Below, piece by piece: positions 19,102 through 28,495 of a DNA stretch of 63,007 bases. The first letter of the stretch is position 1, and each line of letters opens with the position of its first letter. The DNA comes from Candidatus Enterocola sp. Lineage in GTDB: Bacteria; Bacteroidota; Bacteroidia; Bacteroidales; Paludibacteraceae. Where the stretch lies: the NCBI GenBank assembly GCA_045635045.1, contig JAZRBL010000115.1, forward strand, positions 1-63,007. The letters run 5' to 3'. Both the position numbers and the translations under genes were made by a program. The notes beneath the pieces were generated by a model. The model was not told the DNA's origin. It searched no databases and was given only the letters and a program-made list of their open reading frames with translations.

Positions 19102-19896
19102 CTAATCGGTAGTAGAAAGAATGGTAAAATTGTCGGCGTGTCTGTACGTCGGCATTTTTTTTCGCATATTCTCCAAGCCCTCTTTGTTAAGAACAATGGT
19201 TCTGATTTCTTCGGTGTTGTCGGTAAAACGCTCTATAATGCGTCCTCTGTAGTCGATAACTTGCGATCCTCCACTGTATTGTAGTTGGTTGCCGTCTATG
19301 CCAATGCGGTTGCAAGCACATACGTATGCTTGGTTTTCGATTGCACGTGCCGCCAGCAAGGTTTCAAAAATGGATTGACGATTGGTAGGCCATTCGGCAA
19401 TTACCATTAAAACATCGTATTGGAGTTGATTGTTGCGCAACCATACGGGGAAACGTAGGTCGTAGCAAATGCAAAGGGCAATGTTCCATCCTTTGTAGGG
19501 CACAATTAGGTTTTGCTTGCCTGGGGTAAAGTAAAGTTCTTCTCCTCCTAAAAACAAATGCCGTTTGTCGTAAAAATAGGTGGTTTTATCGGGTAAAACA
19601 AAGAACCCTCTGTTGTAGTAATGATGGTCTTCTTGGGCTATAAAACTGCCTATAAAGGCACATTGGTGCCTTGTAGCCCATTTTTGCACCGTTTGCAGTG
19701 TAGTGCCGTTGCTGGGCTCGGCCAGTTGGGTGGCGTTGCTGCTAAATGCTGTAGAGAACATTTCGGGTAGCACCACTATATCGGTAGCAGGTAGCTGCTC
19801 CAATAAAGCTTCAAAATGCGCCAAGTTTGCATGGGTGTCTTCCCATGCAATATCGGCTTGTATAATGCTTACTCGTAATTGTTCGCTTGTTTGCAT
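19102..19896 (-). CDS. Carbon-nitrogen hydrolase (YafV/omega-amidase-like)
   Basis: 264 aa. Contains VLPEMFSTAF, the catalytic-Cys context LCICYDLRFP, and a nitrilase-superfamily layout. Confidence 0.8.
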   Translation of the reverse strand: MQTSEQLRVSIIQADIAWEDTHANLAHFEALLEQLPATDIVVLPEMFSTAFSSNATQLAEPSNGTTLQTVQKWATRHQCAFIGSFIAQEDHHYYNRGFFVLPDKTTYFYDKRHLFLGGEELYFTPGKQNLIVPYKGWNIALCICYDLRFPVWLRNNQLQYDVLMVIAEWPTNRQSIFETLLAARAIENQAYVCACNRIGIDGNQLQYSGGSQVIDYRGRIIERFTDNTEEIRTIVLNKEGLENMRKKMPTYRHADNFTILSTTD

Positions 19897-20448
19897 TTAT
19901 TCTAGACCAGTAAGAAACTTTTGAGGGTGTTTTCCTTGGGCGCCTACAAACACCGATTTGAATTGCACAAAGTCTTGCTCTTCGTTGTCGGTTGGAACCA
20001 TTAGTGGTTTAATAATGACTTCTTTCTTTTTGTAGTCTAGTACCAATGGAAGAATAGGAACACCTGCTTTTTTAGCAATGTAGTAATACCCCTTTTTCCA
20101 ATCGGGATTGGGTTTGCGAGTACCTTCGGGCGATAATACCAAATTTAGCTTATCGCACGATTTGAACACTTCGGCCAGTTTGTCTGTCATCGAGGTGCTT
20201 TTGCTGCGTTTTACGGCAATAGCTCCTTGCTTTTTTAACCACCAGCCAATGCCCCATGTGTTTATCCATTCTTCTTTTATTAAGAATGACATTTTAAAGT
20301 CGATGGACCACGCGGTTACAATTCCCCAAAAAAAGTCCCAATTGGACGTATGTGGAGCAAAGCATACCACCATTTTGGGTTCTGTTGGTACCTCTCCTAC
20401 AACTTTCCATCCTTTGCATTTAAGGATGAATTGGCTTAATTTGCGCAT
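19897..20448 (-). CDS. PlsC-family acyltransferase
   Basis: 183 aa. HX4D motif HTSNWD and the downstream SPEGTR motif. Confidence 0.7.
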   Translation of the reverse strand: MRKLSQFILKCKGWKVVGEVPTEPKMVVCFAPHTSNWDFFWGIVTAWSIDFKMSFLIKEEWINTWGIGWWLKKQGAIAVKRSKSTSMTDKLAEVFKSCDKLNLVLSPEGTRKPNPDWKKGYYYIAKKAGVPILPLVLDYKKKEVIIKPLMVPTDNEEQDFVQFKSVFVGAQGKHPQKFLTGLE

Positions 20449-20452
20449 GCTA

Positions 20453-20737
20453 TTATTTGCTTAGACCTTCTAATTCTTTACCAATGCCCAATACGTCTTG
20501 TAGCAAATCTTCGCCTAATTTTTTGTAGTAGGCTTTTACCAATTTAGGGTTGTTTTTTGCGTCGTAACGACCCGCGCGTTTTACAAAGTTATAGCTGTTG
20601 GCTACAATTTTAGATACAAGAGCATCTGCTTTTTCTTGGTTGCACTTAGGGCAAATAAAACTGATGGTAAGGCATTCGGTTAATAACTCGGCATACAAAT
20701 ACACGATGTCTTTTTTAAGATCTCTTCTACTAGCCAT
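20453..20737 (-). CDS. Hypothetical small protein
   Basis: 94 aa. Tightly packed upstream of the acyltransferase, with a 4-nt gap. Family not recognised. Confidence 0.5.
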   Translation of the reverse strand: MASRRDLKKDIVYLYAELLTECLTISFICPKCNQEKADALVSKIVANSYNFVKRAGRYDAKNNPKLVKAYYKKLGEDLLQDVLGIGKELEGLSK

Positions 20738-20820
20738 AATTTTATTATTTAATGGAATGAATGGTTGTTTATTTATGGGTTAAAGATAGTAAAATAATTG
20801 CGCGATACAAAATGGAATGT

Positions 20821-20828
20821 TATTTTTG
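20821..20828 (+). promoter_or_regulatory. -7 promoter box (TATTTTTG)
   Basis: Exact TAnnTTTG match, 19 nt upstream of the ATG at 20847. Confidence 0.5.
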
Positions 20829-20846
20829 TAGTAAAATCAAGAGAAA

Positions 20847-22295
20847 ATGACGCGGGTATTTTGTTCGTATTTCATGCTGTTGTGTGCGCTGCTGGCTTTG
20901 TTGGTAGGTGCCTCGTCGTGTACCGAAGATAGCATCAACGTTGATACCGATTTTAAGCTAGTTTTTTCGGCCGATACGCTTCGTTTTGATACCTTGTTTA
21001 CCGATATGGGTTCTGCTACCCTTAAACTTAAGGTTTACAATACTTCTGCTCAAAAAGCCCATATCGAAACCATTCGTTTGATGGGCGCTCATTATTTTCA
21101 TTTGAATATCAATGGCATTTCTGCCGATGAGACAAGCGATGTGTACCTAAACGCCAACGATAGCATGCTTATTTTTGTGCAGGCTTATATCGACCCATCT
21201 GATGCTACGAATCCGTTTGTGGTGACCGATTCTATTTTGTTTTCGCTGAACGGAAAAAATCAACTAGTGCAAGTAGAGGCTTTTGGGCAAAATGCCGTGC
21301 GTTTGCACCAACTTTCTATTACTGCCGATACGGTGTTGACGGCGCAATTGCCTTATTTGGTGTCGGACACCTTGCGTGTATTGCCTGGGGCCACTTTAAC
21401 CTTAGCGCCTGGAACCCGGTTGTACTTTAGAAAATACGCTGTTTTGTACGTAGAAGGCAGAATAGTAGCCGAAGGGAATTCAGGGCAAATAATTCAATTT
21501 AGGGGCGATAGAGACGACTACATGAATACCCTTCCCCCTTTGTCTTACGATTTGTGCTCGGGTCAGTGGGGCGGTATAGTGTTTGCGCAGGGAAGCTTTG
21601 ATAATAGGTTGTTGCACGTGGATGTGCGCAATACCGATTTTGGCATTCGGGTAGATAGTACCGATATCGAAAAACAAGTTTTGTGGGTAGAAAACTCCAT
21701 CTTGCGCAATTCTACGGGTAATGTGCTAGAGGCAGTGCATGCTAAAATGGTAGTCAATAACTCGCTGTTGTACAATGCCGGTAATTATGTGGTGGCCTTG
21801 CAGGGGGGTAATTACACGTGGAAACATTGTACTTTTGCCAATTACTATCAGTTTGCTTGGGGCGGTAGAACCAATCCTATTTTGTTGTATGCTAACCGAC
21901 GCATGGATGCAACAGGGGCTACATCGCCCATGTCGTTTACTTCTAGGATGTACAATTCTGTGGTGTACGGAAGTTATTCCAACGAAATTCAGTTTAAGTG
22001 CGAGGAAACCCCAGCCGATGCGTACGTATTTTCGCATTGTTTATTGCGACACAAAGTAACTACCATAACCAATCCGCCTTACCAGCAATGTATTTTTAAC
22101 GCCGATCCTAAGTATGCCTTCCAACAATGGGAAGAAGAATTTCCACATGTGTACGATTTTACGCCGCTGGCGGGGTCGGGTGCTATCGGTATAGCCGATA
22201 ACGCTATTGCCAACGAGTTTCCGCTCGATTTAAATGGCAATAAAAGGTTGTTGGACGGATCGGCAGATGCCGGTTGTTACGAATACGTTCAATAA
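20847..22295 (+). CDS. Lipoprotein with parallel beta-helix-like repeats
   Basis: 482 aa. Signal and lipobox LLVGASSC. Contains NSILRNSTGNVLEAVHAKMVVNNSLLYNAGNYVV, a repeat pattern of the right-handed beta-helix kind. Confidence 0.6.
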   Translation: MTRVFCSYFMLLCALLALLVGASSCTEDSINVDTDFKLVFSADTLRFDTLFTDMGSATLKLKVYNTSAQKAHIETIRLMGAHYFHLNINGISADETSDVYLNANDSMLIFVQAYIDPSDATNPFVVTDSILFSLNGKNQLVQVEAFGQNAVRLHQLSITADTVLTAQLPYLVSDTLRVLPGATLTLAPGTRLYFRKYAVLYVEGRIVAEGNSGQIIQFRGDRDDYMNTLPPLSYDLCSGQWGGIVFAQGSFDNRLLHVDVRNTDFGIRVDSTDIEKQVLWVENSILRNSTGNVLEAVHAKMVVNNSLLYNAGNYVVALQGGNYTWKHCTFANYYQFAWGGRTNPILLYANRRMDATGATSPMSFTSRMYNSVVYGSYSNEIQFKCEETPADAYVFSHCLLRHKVTTITNPPYQQCIFNADPKYAFQQWEEEFPHVYDFTPLAGSGAIGIADNAIANEFPLDLNGNKRLLDGSADAGCYEYVQ

Positions 22296-22297
22296 GT

Positions 22298-23302
22298 ATG
22301 CGTCAGGGTCTTCTTGTTTTATTTTCTCTCTTTTTTACTGCCGTTGTAGCGCAAGATACTGCTTGTACCGTTATGTTCTACAATGTGGAGAACTATTTTG
22401 ATTGCTTGGACGATAGTTTGACCAATGATAATGATTTTTTGCCCGATGCGACCAAGCATTGGACTTGGAAACGATACACCGCCAAGCGTCAAAATATAGC
22501 CCGTGTTATTGCAGCCGTGGGGAAGGGCGTGCCTCCTGCGTTGGTAGGCATGTGCGAAATAGAGAATGCTACGGTGCTTCATCAATTGGTGGCCTACCAA
22601 CCTTTATCTACGTATCGCTACCAAACCATTCATTACGAATCGCCCGATGCGCGAGGTATTGATGTGGCTCTGTTGTATCAGCCTAATTGGTTTACTCCGT
22701 TGCATAGTAGAGCCATAACGGTGTATTTTGGAGAGGCGGGTTACAGCCGCGATATTTTGTATGTTAAAGGCCTGTTGGCAGGTACAGATACCTTGCATGT
22801 GATGGTATGTCATGCGCCGTCAAGGCGAGGGGGCGAAAAAGCCAACCTACGCAGAAAACAAACTATGCAATTGGTTAGAAATGTGGCAGATAGCGTTATG
22901 CAACAATCGCCTATGGCCTCTGTGCTTATTATGGGCGACTTTAACGATACACCCACCGACGAGAGTATGCTTCATGCTTTGGGGGCAATTCCTTTATCTG
23001 CCTCCTCTGAAGAAAGTAACTTGTTGAACATTATGCCGTTGCATGGTGGAACCTATAAATACAAGGGTGAGTGGTCGCTTTTTGATCAGTTTGTTGTATC
23101 TAAAGGGTTACTGCAAGGCGATGGTTGGATAGTGGTTGATAAAAGCGGCTGTATTTTTAAGGAGGATTTTCTGTTGGAAGAAGATACCAAATACATGGGG
23201 TATAAGCCCTATAGAACTTACTTAGGCCCCCGTTATGTGGGTGGCTACTCCGATCATTTGCCTATTTATCTTCGGTTACAGGCGTCGCCGCAAAGAAAGT
23301 AA
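22298..23302 (+). CDS. Endonuclease/exonuclease/phosphatase (EEP) family protein, secreted
   Basis: Start at ATG 22298 gives the signal peptide MRQGLLVLFSLFFTAVVAQD. Motifs: FYNVENYFD, CEIEN, GDFND, SDHLP. Confidence 0.75.
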   Translation: MRQGLLVLFSLFFTAVVAQDTACTVMFYNVENYFDCLDDSLTNDNDFLPDATKHWTWKRYTAKRQNIARVIAAVGKGVPPALVGMCEIENATVLHQLVAYQPLSTYRYQTIHYESPDARGIDVALLYQPNWFTPLHSRAITVYFGEAGYSRDILYVKGLLAGTDTLHVMVCHAPSRRGGEKANLRRKQTMQLVRNVADSVMQQSPMASVLIMGDFNDTPTDESMLHALGAIPLSASSEESNLLNIMPLHGGTYKYKGEWSLFDQFVVSKGLLQGDGWIVVDKSGCIFKEDFLLEEDTKYMGYKPYRTYLGPRYVGGYSDHLPIYLRLQASPQRK

Positions 23303-23816
23303 AATGCACGTTGCCGTACTTTCTTTCTTCTATAAAGTGCGGATGGTTTTCAAAGTTATGTTCCCTACCGTGTTCTAGAATAAAAATACCATCTGCAGCC
23401 AATAATTCCTTTTCGATGATGATTTGGGGCAGCGTGGGTAATTCTTTCAGTTGGTATGGAGGGTCGGCAAAAATAAGCTGATAGCTACCCGAGGCGCGTT
23501 CTAGGTATTTGAACACATCGGCTTTTTGTAGGTAGTAATTTTTTACGCCTAGCTCGGCCGCTATTTTGCGAATGTAACCAATGTGTTGTGCACTAATTTC
23601 TACGCCAGTTACGCTATTGGCGCCGCGCGAAATAAATTCCAATCCAATGCTACCACTGCCCGAAAACAATTCCAATACAGCTATATTTTCCAATTCCATT
23701 CTATTGGAAAGCAAATTGAACAGGCCCTCTTTTGCAAAATCGGTAGTTGGACGTGCTTTTAATTGGGTAGGAGGGGTAAAACGTCTGCCTTTTAAAAAAC
23801 CACTAACAATGCGCAT
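23262..23816 (-). CDS. rsmD: 16S rRNA (guanine966-N2)-methyltransferase
   Basis: 184 aa. Motifs: MRIVSGFLKGRRF, PTTDFAKEGLFN, LELFSGSGSIGLE, DPPY. Confidence 0.85.
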   Translation of the reverse strand: MRIVSGFLKGRRFTPPTQLKARPTTDFAKEGLFNLLSNRMELENIAVLELFSGSGSIGLEFISRGANSVTGVEISAQHIGYIRKIAAELGVKNYYLQKADVFKYLERASGSYQLIFADPPYQLKELPTLPQIIIEKELLAADGIFILEHGREHNFENHPHFIEERKYGNVHFTFFAATPVTEDK

Positions 23817-24546
23817 AGTCGTTGGTATAGTGGCACAATGCCAGGTGATTAACTAAGGTTTCGTGGGCTTCTTTGCTACCCATGATGTAGGTAGGAGTGT
23901 GCTGTTGCGATAGTTGGTATTGCTCAAATACTTTGGCGGTATAGTATAGGATGTCTTGTTGGGTGGTATACGCAAAGTAGTTGGCAAAAAGCAATCTACC
24001 ATTGTTGGCAATGGTAAGGTGGACGTGTGTGGAATTAGCCCATATCCAAGCTTGTGTTTCGCCTTTTTGTTTGGTGAATTTGAGGCAATGGTCGATGTGC
24101 TCTTGCAAATGGTGATGCCACCTTGTGTGGGTAAAGAGTTTTTTTGCCAATTGGTAGTGCGCTTTGGGTATGCCAAAGAGCAAGGTAATGCCAAAAGCGG
24201 GTATTTCTTGCCAACAAACAACTAAATTAGCGGTATCGGCTTCTGGAAAATGAAACTTGTAAAGCGATAGCGCATCCTGTTGGCTAATCATTTGGCTTGG
24301 GATGAGCGTGGTGTACGGAAAATCCACCTCTATGTTGGCGCAAGTAATGTCTTGCAATGCTTCTTCGCACAATAAACGTGCTAAAGCCTGCTGCAAGTGA
24401 TGGTCGTTGGGTAAAAAATCAATGCGTTTCCAAGCGTCTGCCCAGAAAAAAGAAAGTCCATCCTCGGAAAGACGGATGGACTTATGGGGAGAAGGAATAT
24501 TATTCCCAGTTACCTGCATTGTTGTTAGCTTCTTCAATGTCACCAA
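23803..24546 (-). CDS. DUF3822-like protein
   Basis: 247 aa. SIRLSEDGLSFFW near the N-terminus and the position upstream of rsmD both match my recollection of the DUF3822 family. The true start may be the Met at 24519. Confidence 0.5.
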   Translation of the reverse strand: MVTLKKLTTMQVTGNNIPSPHKSIRLSEDGLSFFWADAWKRIDFLPNDHHLQQALARLLCEEALQDITCANIEVDFPYTTLIPSQMISQQDALSLYKFHFPEADTANLVVCWQEIPAFGITLLFGIPKAHYQLAKKLFTHTRWHHHLQEHIDHCLKFTKQKGETQAWIWANSTHVHLTIANNGRLLFANYFAYTTQQDILYYTAKVFEQYQLSQQHTPTYIMGSKEAHETLVNHLALCHYTNDYAHC

Positions 24547-25147
24547 ATTTCAAACCAGGGTATTTTTCTAGTTTTTCGGTGGTTTCGGTAAGGTTGATTA
24601 ATTCTTGTTTGTTAAGGTCGCTTAGGTACGAAGAATAAGGTGCTTTTGCGCACATTACTTTTACTTTGATACCTGCAGAACCGGTTACAATTTCCGATTT
24701 TTCCAATTCAAATTCTTGACGTGGAGAAGAGAATGGGATGTAACGTAGTGAATCGATAGGATAGTTTTTGCCAAACAAAGCTTCGATCATTGGAACGTAA
24801 GTGGTATCACGTTTAATTAAACCAAGTTTGATAGCTTGTTTTTCGGTCATACCTTCTTCCAATTGTTTGTCGGTAAGCACACCTTCTTTCAATACGATTT
24901 TAGCGTTTTCAGTTTTAACCCAATCAATAAGGGTGTCTAGGCTAGCAGTGTAATCGCCTTTGATGTTGCGATATTCGGTTTCTGCAGTACGAATGTCAAT
25001 TAAGCGTTGGATAACTTGTTTTTCGCGTGCATCTTTGGTTTCGTTAAATTCAATGGGAGTCATAACACTTTGGTACGACATCCATGCCAATGCTACTGCC
25101 GCAACAACTAGAAGTGCTTTAAGTAGGTAGTTCATTACATTATTCAT
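24500..25147 (-). CDS. Membrane-anchored hypothetical protein
   Basis: 215 aa. Single N-terminal TM segment (LLKALLVVAAVALAW). Family not recognised. Confidence 0.5.
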   Translation of the reverse strand: MNNVMNYLLKALLVVAAVALAWMSYQSVMTPIEFNETKDAREKQVIQRLIDIRTAETEYRNIKGDYTASLDTLIDWVKTENAKIVLKEGVLTDKQLEEGMTEKQAIKLGLIKRDTTYVPMIEALFGKNYPIDSLRYIPFSSPRQEFELEKSEIVTGSAGIKVKVMCAKAPYSSYLSDLNKQELINLTETTEKLEKYPGLKFGDIEEANNNAGNWE

Positions 25148-25237
25148 GTGATATAGATTTTAGTTTTTGATTTCTTTGAGGATTAACACCGCAAATGTAG
25201 GTAAATTTATTTATTTGCGCAATATTTGAGCATTTAT

Positions 25238-25245
25238 TATCTTTG
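25238..25245 (+). promoter_or_regulatory. -7 promoter box (TATCTTTG)
   Basis: Exact TAnnTTTG match, 35 nt upstream of the ATG at 25280. Confidence 0.5.
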
Positions 25246-25279
25246 TTTGTTTGTTAAAATATGCCCCATTTCTTATAAG

Positions 25280-26680
25280 ATGATACATAACTTCTATGCA
25301 TCCACTTTGCGCGATGCTTTTCCATACAATCCCACTCCAGAGCAAGAACAAGCTATTGGTAAATTGGCTTTGTTTTTAGATTCGTCTGCTGAACGCTCTA
25401 CTTTTTTGTTAAAAGGCTATGCGGGTACAGGTAAAACTACCTTGGTGGCGGCCTTGGTTAAAACGTGTATCGATTTGGATATGCCCTTTGTGCTGATGGC
25501 GCCTACGGGGCGTGCAGCCAAGGTGCTTTCTATGTATGCAGGATTTGATGCCGCAACCGTGCATCGCACCATTTACCGACAATCGTCGCCCGAAATTGGC
25601 GCCCGTTTTGAGTTGGGCTTTAACCGTATGCGCAATGCTTTGTTTGTGGTAGACGAGGCTTCGATGCTGTCGTCCGATGGCGACAAACAATTTGGTAGCG
25701 GTAGGGTTATGGACGATATGCTTAAGTATGTGTTTGGTGGTGCTCCAGGCTGTAAATTGTTGCTATTGGGCGATGATGCGCAGCTGCCTCCGGTGATGCA
25801 AAACGAAAGCTTGGCCTTGTCTGCCACTTGGTTACAAGGATGTGGTTTGCAGGTGATGGAACATACGCTTACCACCGTTGTTAGGCAAGAAGCCGCCAGC
25901 GGAATTTTAAAAAATGCCACCGAAATACGCAACCAATTGCAAACCCCTTTGCAGTTGCGTTTGCAAACCTATGCCGATGTAAGCAGAGTAGATGGCAGTA
26001 ATTTTGTCAGTACATTGGAAAATTCGTATCGGACGGTAGGCATGGACGAGACCTTAATTATTACTCGTTCCAACAAAAAGGCCTTTATGTATGCAGGTGG
26101 TATAAGAGGGCGTATTTTGTACCGCGAAGAAATGCTAGAAAATGCCGACTGGCTGATGGTGGTTAAAAATAACTACTTTTACGGCATGGACTATGGTATT
26201 GAATTGATTGCCAACGGCGATATGGCAGAGGTGGTACGCTTAAGTGGTAGTCATACCCTTTACGATATGCAGTTTGTACGAGCCACCTTGCGTTTGGTAG
26301 ATTACAATACCGAAATAGAAGTGATGTTGTTGCAAGATTCGCTGCTATGCGAGTCGCCACAACAGCTACAAGAGTTGCAAAAACGCTTGTTTTTGGCCGT
26401 TGAAGAAGATTATGCACACATCAAAAACAAACGCGATCGCTACAAAAAAATGCGCCAAGACGAGCATCTAAATGCCCTGTTGGTACGCATGGCCTATGCC
26501 GTTACCTGTCATAAAGCACAGGGTGGACAGTGGAAACATGTGTACGTAGATATGGGGCCGCTACCAGCAGAAAAAATGGATGTGGGTTTTATGCGATGGC
26601 TCTATACGGCCGTTACGCGTGCTACCGAAAAACTGTACTTTATTCAGTTCAAAGACGAATTATTCTGCGATAAAGGTTAA
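25280..26680 (+). CDS. RecD-like SF1 DNA helicase (AAA_30 + UvrD_C-type)
   Basis: Start at the Met of MIHNFYAS. Walker A GYAGTGKTT, Walker B FVVDEASM, and the C-terminal AVTCHKAQGGQWKHVYV motif. The track start at 25226 lies upstream of the promoter box. Confidence 0.8.
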   Translation: MIHNFYASTLRDAFPYNPTPEQEQAIGKLALFLDSSAERSTFLLKGYAGTGKTTLVAALVKTCIDLDMPFVLMAPTGRAAKVLSMYAGFDAATVHRTIYRQSSPEIGARFELGFNRMRNALFVVDEASMLSSDGDKQFGSGRVMDDMLKYVFGGAPGCKLLLLGDDAQLPPVMQNESLALSATWLQGCGLQVMEHTLTTVVRQEAASGILKNATEIRNQLQTPLQLRLQTYADVSRVDGSNFVSTLENSYRTVGMDETLIITRSNKKAFMYAGGIRGRILYREEMLENADWLMVVKNNYFYGMDYGIELIANGDMAEVVRLSGSHTLYDMQFVRATLRLVDYNTEIEVMLLQDSLLCESPQQLQELQKRLFLAVEEDYAHIKNKRDRYKKMRQDEHLNALLVRMAYAVTCHKAQGGQWKHVYVDMGPLPAEKMDVGFMRWLYTAVTRATEKLYFIQFKDELFCDKG

Positions 26681-26697
26681 AAATCCTAAAAAATAAG

Positions 26698-26705
26698 TAT
26701 CTTTG
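26698..26705 (+). promoter_or_regulatory. -7 promoter box (TATCTTTG)
   Basis: Exact TAnnTTTG match, 24 nt upstream of the ATG at 26729. Confidence 0.5.
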
Positions 26706-26728
26706 CCTATTATTACAAGAATCAGTAT

Positions 26729-28483
26729 ATGAAACAATTGGCAAAGAAAGTGGGTTGGCTGTTGGGCATTTTGGTCTGTTTGACAGCTTGTGTGGACAAT
26801 AACTACACCCTTGATAATTTAGATACTCAAATTGAGTTGGAGACCGAATTAGTGGCTCCTTTGCTTCATTCAAGGCTTAAAATCAACGACCTATTGTCGG
26901 ATAGTTTAAGCGGTATGAAATTGATAGTAGAAGGCGAAGATTTGTATTTGCTCTACGTCGATTCGCAGTACATGGGCAACGATTTGATAGATCAGCTAAA
27001 AGTGCTTCCTAAAGGTGCATTTAATTTTGATTTGCTAGTAGGAGAGGAGGCCGGTTCGTTGTCCATTACATCGGGCCAGATCAATGCCGAAGAAGTTATC
27101 GAGTTTTCGTCGATCAATACCAACGAAAACGAACGTTTGGATAGTATTTTAATAGGCGATTGTTATGCCGATGTAACCGTTGATGTACAAATGCCTTTGG
27201 CAGAAGGATCGTACATAGATTTTATTTTCCCTAAAGAAGCGTTGGAGTTGGACGAGGCGGTGTTCCCCGATAATACGGTGCGCATTCCTTTAACGGAACA
27301 ACAAACATCGTATCAACTACCGCTTAAAAAAGCCATGTTGCGCTTAAACGGTGGCCAAGAAGTAAAAGTATTGGTAAAAGGAGAAATTCATGCTTCCTCG
27401 CCTTTTGCACCTGGTGATGCTATTTCGGTAACGGTAGATATGAATAATTTGCTGCCTCATATTACCTACTTACATGTGGGAACGGCTCGCGATATCTACG
27501 AAGGTGAAAAAGTAATTGATTTTAACTACACCAGCGATTTTCAACAAGAAGACGCTTTCTTCCCTTTCTTTGACCCCCAAATTTTAATGTCGTGTATCAA
27601 TAATATTGGTGTGCCAGTGCGTTATTACATTGATTATGTAGAGGCTTTTGATACGCGTACAGGCGAGAAAGTACGTGCCGATTTTGGTGGTGCAGATACC
27701 GATACAACCTCTATGGTGGTTGCAACTCCATCGTACGATGCTATAAAAGGTTTGTCTAAAGATGAGCTTTTAAACTTTGATGTTCAGTCTATTATGTGTA
27801 AGAGCGAATTGCTTTTTGATAGAGAATTTGGTCATACCGATAGGCTTTTTAAAATTAATCCCAATAAACTACGCTACCATTATCGCATACGTTCGGTGGA
27901 TAATGACCCCACCAACGTGCATTTCTTCTTTCATAACAGCGATATGGAGTTAAAAGAAGATACCAAACTTCCGTTGTGGTTTGAGGGCGATAAAGACCCC
28001 GATAAAAACTTCCATATTACCCGTAACGATTCGGTCGATTTTTTGGCAACGTCTGATACCAGCAGCGGTTTTAGCCTGTCGGACGACTCGGAATTGGTTC
28101 TAAAATTGTCGTACATCAACTATTTGCCCGTTGGTGTAAAAGGTTCGATTGCCTTCTTGGATGCCAACGGACAGCGCATCTTGCAAGAGGCCGAGCAGTC
28201 GTTTGCCATTAAGGCCGGTAAGGTGGATGCTGACGGATATGTAGTTACTTCTACCGACGAGGCGGATGCCATTCGTTTGGCCTTTGGCGCTAACGAGGCT
28301 AGTCGATTGTTGTCGGAGGTGGCTACCTTTTTGTTTACGTATAAGTTGGCCAATAACGAACTGAAAACCGTACGTTTACGTACCAGCGATTGGTTGGACT
28401 TAAAGGCGAGTATGTACATCAATGGATCTTTGGTGACCGATTTGGGAAGTTGGATGAATAATGACTATGTTGTAGTAGAATAA
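26729..28483 (+). CDS. Large lipoprotein, unknown function
   Basis: 584 aa. Signal and lipobox LVCLTAC. Family not recognised. Confidence 0.6.
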   Translation: MKQLAKKVGWLLGILVCLTACVDNNYTLDNLDTQIELETELVAPLLHSRLKINDLLSDSLSGMKLIVEGEDLYLLYVDSQYMGNDLIDQLKVLPKGAFNFDLLVGEEAGSLSITSGQINAEEVIEFSSINTNENERLDSILIGDCYADVTVDVQMPLAEGSYIDFIFPKEALELDEAVFPDNTVRIPLTEQQTSYQLPLKKAMLRLNGGQEVKVLVKGEIHASSPFAPGDAISVTVDMNNLLPHITYLHVGTARDIYEGEKVIDFNYTSDFQQEDAFFPFFDPQILMSCINNIGVPVRYYIDYVEAFDTRTGEKVRADFGGADTDTTSMVVATPSYDAIKGLSKDELLNFDVQSIMCKSELLFDREFGHTDRLFKINPNKLRYHYRIRSVDNDPTNVHFFFHNSDMELKEDTKLPLWFEGDKDPDKNFHITRNDSVDFLATSDTSSGFSLSDDSELVLKLSYINYLPVGVKGSIAFLDANGQRILQEAEQSFAIKAGKVDADGYVVTSTDEADAIRLAFGANEASRLLSEVATFLFTYKLANNELKTVRLRTSDWLDLKASMYINGSLVTDLGSWMNNDYVVVE

Positions 28484-28495
28484 GGAGGGTAGGAT

